Below the pieces are notes generated by a model. It ran no database searches and was not told the origin of the DNA. It saw only the letters and a program-made list of their open reading frames with translations. The position numbers were made by a program, and so were the translations under genes. Source: Octopus sinensis (Eukaryota). From it: DNA of 5,100 nucleotides. Positions 1 to 4,899 of the stretch are shown one piece after another. Where the stretch lies: positions 1-5,100 of the forward strand of contig NW_021830134.1 of NCBI RefSeq assembly GCF_006345805.1. The letters are read 5' to 3'. Numbering within the stretch: position 1 is the first letter of the stretch; each line of letters starts with the position of its first letter.

Positions 1-59
1 TCAGCATGGCCGCAGTCAAATGACTGAAACAAGTAAAAGAGTAAAAGAGTAAGAGTAAG
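1..59 (+). mobile_element. 3' end of an abundant octopus-type SINE with short-tandem-repeat tail (GTAAAAGA)2 GTAAGA GTAAG; element begins upstream of the window
   Basis: CAGCATGGCCGCAGTCAAATGACTGAAACAAGTAAAAGAGTAAAAGAG matches, from memory, the terminus of a high-copy Octopus SINE. The decaying 8-bp tandem tail at 33-59 is seen directly. No database search was run. Confidence 0.7.
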
Positions 60-71
60 TTCACGCATGCA

Positions 72-86
72 CTCTCTCTCTCTCTC
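72..86. repeat. short (CT)n microsatellite
   Basis: ctctctctctctctc seen directly; CT-rich low complexity continues to about 130. Confidence 0.85.
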
Positions 87-374
87 ATTGGTGTTTGGTG
101 ACGCTACTCACTCTCTCATTCACTCTCACCGTGTTTTGTGTTTCCTCCATCTTGGTGGAGAAAATGCAAATGGCTATAATTAAAAAGACAAAATCAATTG
201 ACCTGTCCTCCAAAACTTGGAGACAAAATAGGAAATTAAACTCACCACTCGACAGCAAATAACTTGTTGTCCACGATGGTATAAAAACTTGAAGGGTGCA
301 AATACACTATTATGTATTTTTTCCTTATAAAAATTCACGGAACGAGGTCAAGCCTGGCTTGCCAAACTGACGAC

Positions 375-382
375 AATAATAA

Positions 383-419
<37 letters not shown>

Positions 420-498
420 GTATAATAATAATTATTATTATTATTATCCTTCATCATCATCATCATCATCATCATTATTATAGTATTATTATTATTAT
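375..498. repeat. compound trinucleotide microsatellite (AAT)n - (ATT)n - (CAT)n - (ATT)n with a strand switch at 431/432
   Basis: Seen directly. ATAATAATAA|TTATTATTAT at 422-441 is a perfect 20-bp palindrome. Confidence 0.95.
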
Positions 499-885
499 TT
501 ATGTTTGACTTTTGCTTTAGCTGTACAAGTGGCTCCAAGTCTCACCCAGAGACCTCAAGAGACAACAGGTTGGATGTTCGGTGCCATATATTTGGGGGGG
601 GGGTTTGTTTTTTTTAGTGTTGTACTAGTGAATGTCTAATACATAAAAATAAAATTTAAAAAAAAAAAAAAAAATTTTTTTTAAATTGGTTTTAAACCTT
701 GGGGTTACATAGAGAGTATTTTGCGTAGGATATGAGCAGTTCCCATGAGCACTATCTTTTGAATTTCTGCCATTTTGGGGTTTCCTGGTATCTGAGTTAG
801 GTAGCAATCAGTCCCTTTCGCTATCATTCCCAGGGCACCTATGACAACAGGTATTGTTTTAGTCTTCAGCTTCCACATTTTGCTG

Positions 886-887
<2 letters not shown>
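499..887 (-). mobile_element. 5'-truncated non-LTR retrotransposon of the restriction-like-endonuclease (RLE) type, probably R4/Dong clade: ORF C-terminus plus about 200-nt 3' UTR running into a (TAA)n tract
   Basis: Manual translation of the minus strand 887->705 gives ISKMWKLKTKTIPVVIGALGMIAKGTDCYLTQIPGNPKMAEIQKIVLMGTAHILRKILSM*. The IPxVIGALG...IQKxxLxGTAHILRK motif is the typical C-terminus of R4/Dong-like ORFs. The UTR ends ...GTGAGACTTGGAGCC...AAAAGTCAAACATAAATAATAAT. Confidence 0.85.
705..887 (-). pseudogene. 60-codon remnant of the retrotransposon ORF C-terminus (region following the RLE nuclease core), with intact frame and native stop
   Basis: Uninterrupted frame ATC(887)...ATG TAA(705). 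It is only 57 aa from the first Met, shorter than anything in the ORF track, which probably explains its absence. Confidence 0.85.
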
Positions 888-940
<53 letters not shown>

Positions 941-956
941 GTTGTTGTTGTTGTTA
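888..956. repeat. (TTA)17(TTG)5 microsatellite; on the minus strand it is the (AAC)n(AAT)n 3' tail of the adjacent SINE and the upstream flank of the retrotransposon fragment
   Basis: Seen directly; abuts the SINE 3' end at about 965 and the LINE 5' truncation point at 887. Confidence 0.95.
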
Positions 957-1261
957 TTTTTATTTCAAATTTTTGCCACAAAGGCAGCTTGGGAGAGGTG
1001 GGCGATGAGTCGATTACATCGACTCCCGTGTTCAACTGGACCCCCGAAAGGATGAAAGACAAAGTTGACCTCGGCGGAATTTGAACTCAGAACGTAGCGG
1101 CAGACGAAATACCTATTTCTTTACTACCCACAAGGGGCTAAACACAGAGGGGACAAACAAGGACAGACAAACGGATTAAGTCGATTACATCGATCCCCAG
1201 TACGTAACTGGTACTTAATTTATCCGACCCCGAAAGGATGAAAAGCAAAGTCGACCTCGGC

Positions 1262-1274
1262 GGAATTTGAACTC
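1262..1274 (-). promoter_or_regulatory. RNA polymerase III B-box-like motif (GAGTTCAAATTCC); second copy at 1076-1088
   Basis: Resembles consensus GGTTCRANNCC; identical in both monomers. Confidence 0.7.
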
Positions 1275-1325
1275 AGAACGTAGTGGCAGACGAAATGCCG
1301 CTAAGCATTTCGCCCGGCGTGTTAA

Positions 1326-1336
1326 CGATTCTGCCA
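1326..1336 (-). promoter_or_regulatory. RNA polymerase III A-box-like motif of the SINE head (TGGCAGAATCG)
   Basis: Resembles consensus TGGCNNAGTGG; located about 12 nt inside the element 5' end, upstream of the B box. Confidence 0.65.
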
Positions 1337-1357
1337 GTTCGCTGCCTTCTTCGTGAT

Positions 1358-1416
1358 AGCAGCAGCAGCAGCAGCAGTAGAGTAGTAGTAGTAGTACTAG
1401 TAGTAGTAGTAGTAGT
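1358..1416. repeat. compound (AGC)6/(AGT)n microsatellite
   Basis: Seen directly, with one ACT interruption and one 1-nt slip. Confidence 0.95.
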
Positions 1417-1464
1417 TACAGCTGTCGGAACCCATGGAAATTCCATGCTTTATAAATGTTCTTA

Positions 1465-1706
1465 TGTCTATATCGATGCATAAATTTGTAGATCCTTATA
1501 GCCTTGTTTCCTAAAGTTTAAAAGATTTCGATTGTTTTTCATTTCATTCCATAGTTAAGGTTGTTTAAATGCAAACAGACGAAATTGTCTATATCAATGC
1601 ATAAATTTGTAGATCCTTATAGCATTGTTTCCTAAAGTTTAAAAGATTTTGATTGTTTTCCATTTCATTCCATAGTTAAGGTTGGTTAAATGCAAACAGA
1701 CGAAAT
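1465..1706. repeat. direct tandem duplication, 2 x 121 bp (1465-1585, 1586-1706), 116/121 identical, no indels
   Basis: Manual alignment; differences at 1475/1596, 1503/1624, 1529/1650, 1539/1660 and 1564/1685. Confidence 0.95.
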
Positions 1707-1709
1707 TAT

Positions 1710-1744
1710 ATAATAACAATAATAATAACAACAATAATAACAAC
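1710..1744 (+). repeat. mixed (AAT)/(AAC) microsatellite directly upstream of the polypyrimidine tract
   Basis: ataataacaataataataacaacaataataacaac seen directly. Confidence 0.9.
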
Positions 1745-1770
1745 TGTTCCTTTTCTTTTGTTTTTTTCAG
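1745..1770 (+). promoter_or_regulatory. 3' splice site: polypyrimidine tract plus CAG acceptor
   Basis: tgttccttttcttttgtttttttcag|GTG. The long reading frame and FREM1 similarity start exactly after this AG; no other AG occurs between 1700 and 1768. Confidence 0.93.
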
Positions 1771-3989
1771 GTGTTCGACTGTAATTTTCCCTTGAAAAGT
1801 GTTCGATATTCTCACAGCGGGAATCCTTTATTAAAGGAGGACAGCGTGAAATTAAGGGCCCACAAATTCACAAAAGACCGAACTATTTCAGAGACGTTCT
1901 ATTTAAAATTTAAGATATTGAATGAATCCTACGATATTATAAGAACGATGGGCTACAAGTCGTTAACGGTCAACGAAATAACCGGGATTTCGAATTCCCT
2001 TGACTCTTCTGTTATACATTACAAATACATGCCCGACTCGAATATCTCGTGTACGATCGGGTTCTCCAAATACAACTCCCAGTGGCCCCTCGTCGGTCAG
2101 ATGGTGATGGGAGAGAAAGGTAAAATAGTGGAAGCCATAAAAAAAGACTGTCATGAATTTTTGCTCATGGATTTGCGCTACGAACACTTGAAGTCCCCGT
2201 CGCCCGCCGTCGACTACCTACCCCTTGTCATCGATCTTTACGACCCTTCGTCCAACGACGAAATGTCGGAGAGTTTCTTCCTGCCAATATTCATTCAGAA
2301 CGCTTTCCCCAACTCTCCGCCGCGCGCCTCATTCAAAAGCATGTACATAATGGACGTGGACCAATTCATACTGACCACTCTTATTCCCGGTGTGATTTCG
2401 GCCGAGGACTACGAAACACCAGCCTCGCAGCTGGTCTTTAACATCAGCAAACCGCCGGCCCCCGGCAACGGTTTCCTCGTTAAACTCGACGACCACACGC
2501 AGCCGATCACGTCGTTCATTCAAGACGATTTGGACAGCCTACGCATCGGCTACCAACCGCCCAATGCCAGCTACTCAGAACGGAAAGTATACGAGGTCGA
2601 ATTCACCGTCTACGATAGCCACTTCTCCGCCAGTATGCCGATAATGTTACACATAGCCGTACGCCCGTCCGCGACAACGGCGCCGAGGATAGCCAACAAC
2701 AAAGGCCTTGTGCTTCTCGAAGGTGAGTCACGTCCAATCCTCCCTAACAACTTACAAATTGTGGACCAGGATAACTTGAGAGACGTTAAGGTCTACGTTA
2801 AGGGTGGCTTAAGTTACGGTCAGCTGTTGGTGAACGGCAGCCTTTCGATGTATTTCATGATCAAAGACATCACAGATGGGAATGTGGTTTATAAACACGA
2901 TGACAGTGATAGTATCAGAGACAACATAGAATTGCGAATTACAGACCAGAAGGATACGGTTAGGGCCGGTTTTCCTATCACAATCATACCCAAAGATGAC
3001 ACGCCACCTTATATTGTAAATAACTTAGGACTGGAACTGAATGAAGGTGGGATCGAGCGCATCAGCAGGAATAATCTTTTGGCCCACGATTCAGACACAT
3101 TAGATTCTCGAATCACTTACTTAATCGTTAAGACCCCAAGAGCTGGAGATCTCATGCTAAAGCTTAACCCTTCGGATAAGGGTAGATCTATAAAAAGGTT
3201 CACCCAATTGAATCTCCTACAGGGACAAATTTACTATCGGCACATGCACAGCGGAAGGTTCAGGGACTCCTTTGAATTTGTACTGAAGGACCAGGAGGAT
3301 CAGCCGAACATTTCACAGAGAGAGAGCTTCCAGATTATGATAAACTCGATCAACGATAATCCACCGATACTCTCGCCGACGGCCAGCCAATTTATGCAAG
3401 TACAGGAAACAAACATTGGCTACATCAGTAAATCGCAGCTAAATTACATCGACAAGGACAGCAAAGACAGCCAGTTGATCTACACGATCACCACACCGCC
3501 ACATTTTGTCTACAATTCCAAGCGAGCCGACGCCGGTCGGGTGATTACGACGCACAACATCACGATGCTGCGCAAAGATGTGACGACCACGTCTACGAAA
3601 AGCTTCACGCAAGAAGACATCAGTCAACTAAAAGTGGCCTACATTCCTCCGGAAAACGATATCGGCACCGAGCCGTGTCTGGTGAGGTTTACCTACATGA
3701 TAGAAGACTACTCCGGCAACCGAATATCCGGGCAGCAGTTCGACATTGAGGTGCAACCGGTCGACAACCAACCGCCGGAATTCATAACCAACAAACTACT
3801 CGTCGAGGAAGGTGGGACGATAGCCATTGGCGTCAACCAGATCTCGGCCATGGATTTTGACACGGCTGCCACGGACATTCTGTTTGTCTGCAAACAGTTG
3901 CCCCAGCACGGCATCTTACAAAAGAACGGAGTTAATTTGAAGAAAGAAGATTCCTTTAGGTTAGAAGATCTCGAAGAGAAAGACATACG
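1771..3989 (+). CDS. FREM1: large internal exon of a FREM1-like gene (FRAS1-related extracellular matrix protein 1/QBRICK): end of FREM N-terminal domain (about 1771-2322), CSPG/NG2 repeats at about 2323-2685, 2686-3009, 3010-3366, 3367-3777 and a partial repeat 3778-3989; gene extends beyond both ends
   Basis: 739 codons plus 2 nt open between a canonical acceptor and donor (first codon GTG = Val, not Met). Collinear motifs recalled from vertebrate FREM1 include VFDCxF, GQMV, CxEFLLMxLRY, DQFILT, DHTxPIxSF, YQPPNxSxSER, LLEGxSR, HDDSDS, PKDDxPP, YTITTPP, KVAYxPPxxDIG and PVDNQxP. CSPG-repeat hallmarks (LxxxEG, DxD, FTQxD, NDxPP) recur. Confidence 0.92.
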
Positions 3990-3995
3990 GTAAGA
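3990..3995 (+). promoter_or_regulatory. 5' splice donor CG|GTAAGA (phase 2)
   Basis: Good GTAAG consensus. The ORF-track stop TAA lies inside the donor, and the sequence becomes low-complexity immediately after. Confidence 0.9.
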
Positions 3996-4074
3996 ACAAC
4001 ATACCCATACTCACATGCAACATACACAGTCCATACATCACATCCACACGTCTTCACCAATTTTTTTTTACAGC

Positions 4075-4140
4075 CTGTCTTTTTACTCCACCTTTCACTC
4101 TCTCTTTCTCTCTCTCTCCTCCCCCTCTTTCGCTTCCATT
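4075..4140. repeat. CT-rich low-complexity/imperfect (CT)n tract
   Basis: Seen directly. Confidence 0.8.
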
Positions 4141-4232
4141 TGAACAACAGTTAAGAAATGTGTTACTTGTGAAATTTTTTAGTAAAGTCTTTCTTTGCAT
4201 GAAAACCTTAACTCAAAGAGACTCTTTCTCAG

Positions 4233-4424
4233 GCGTATGTGTGTAGATACGTATGGCTGTACATATGCACATACTTACATATATATACATACATACAAAT
4301 GTTTATATATAAAATATTATATATATAATTATATAATATATATGCATGTATACATATATATATATGCATGTATATATATATATGCATGTATACAAATTAT
4401 TATGTATATATATATATATGCATG

Positions 4425-4462
<38 letters not shown>

Positions 4463-4466
4463 TGTC

Positions 4467-4512
<46 letters not shown>

Positions 4513-4557
4513 GCATGTCTATATATATATATATATATATATAGATATATCTATTCA

Positions 4558-4643
<86 letters not shown>

Positions 4644-4711
4644 CGCATGTCTATATATATATATCTATATATATATACAGTCTATATATATATATATATA
4701 TAATGCATGTC

Positions 4712-4742
<31 letters not shown>

Positions 4743-4825
4743 ATGCATTCTATATATATATATATATATGCATGTATATGTAATATATGTATGTATATAT
4801 ATGTGTATGTATATATATGTTTGTG

Positions 4826-4869
<44 letters not shown>

Positions 4870-4872
4870 TAT
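4233..4872. repeat. (TA)n-dominated compound microsatellite; core 4341-4775 is a higher-order array of about 13 units of (TA)n + [TG]CATGT[A/C]; TA/TG/CA mixtures on both flanks
   Basis: CATG or degenerate anchors start at 4345, 4367, 4385, 4421, 4461, 4514, 4556, 4599, 4646, 4678 (CAGTCT), 4706, 4746 (CATTCT) and 4771. Confidence 0.92.
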
Positions 4873-4899
4873 ATAAGAGACCAAAGTGTACGCACGCCG

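Larger units (their letters stand above)
965..1348 (-). mobile_element. dimeric tRNA-derived SINE: full left monomer (1348-1114) joined to a 5'-truncated right monomer (1113-965)
   Basis: The minus-strand head AAGGCAGCGAACTGGCAGAATCGTTAAC...GAGTTCAAATTCCGCCGAGGTCGAC has Pol III A- and B-box-like motifs. The 72-bp blocks 1042-1113 and 1228-1299 match at 67/72 positions. Recalled as an octopus SINE family. Confidence 0.88.

Noticed and set aside
130-374. Possible upstream FREM1 exon
   Set aside because: No frame resembling the FREM1 segment preceding VFDC, and no convincing acceptor/donor pair.
335-538. 67-aa minus-strand ORF (poly-N/M/I)
   Set aside because: Translation of the trinucleotide microsatellite.
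625-807. 60-aa minus-strand ORF
   Set aside because: Out-of-frame overlap with the real retrotransposon frame (705-887), running through homopolymers.
859-1062. 67-aa minus-strand ORF (poly-T/I)
   Set aside because: SINE body plus microsatellite tail read-through.
1255-1348. Functional tRNA gene
   Set aside because: A/B boxes are present but there is no complete cloverleaf, and the head is followed by a SINE body and duplicated in a second monomer.
1433-1447. Palindrome CATGGAAATTCCATG containing a Rel/NF-kB-like GGAAATTCC
   Set aside because: A single short motif in an AT-rich intron with no supporting context; plausible by chance.
1283-1483. 66-aa plus-strand ORF (poly-S/V)
   Set aside because: Antisense SINE head plus (AGC)/(AGT) repeat.
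1576-1585. CAGACGAAAT shared by the 121-bp duplication units and both SINE monomers
   Set aside because: Only 10 bp with no extension on either side; insufficient to claim a SINE origin for the duplicated unit.
1771-1773. ORF-track start 'M' and stop at 3991-3993, suggesting a complete 740-aa intronless gene
   Set aside because: The first codon is GTG directly after a canonical acceptor, and the TAA is part of the GTAAGA donor. The protein starts and ends mid-domain and has no signal peptide.
1963-3986. Antisense ORFs 1963-2187, 2329-2523, 3439-3627 and 3708-3986
   Set aside because: Short shadow frames opposite a real exon, mostly in its GC-rich blocks, with no recognisable motifs.
3956-4147. 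63-aa minus-strand Arg/Glu-rich ORF
   Set aside because: Translation of the (GA)n strand of the CT-rich tract.
4341-4775. CRISPR-like repeat-spacer array (also considered for 1465-1706)
   Set aside because: Anchors are only 6-8 nt, the spacers are non-unique (TA)n, the context is a eukaryotic intron and there are no cas genes; 1465-1706 is a spacerless two-copy duplication.
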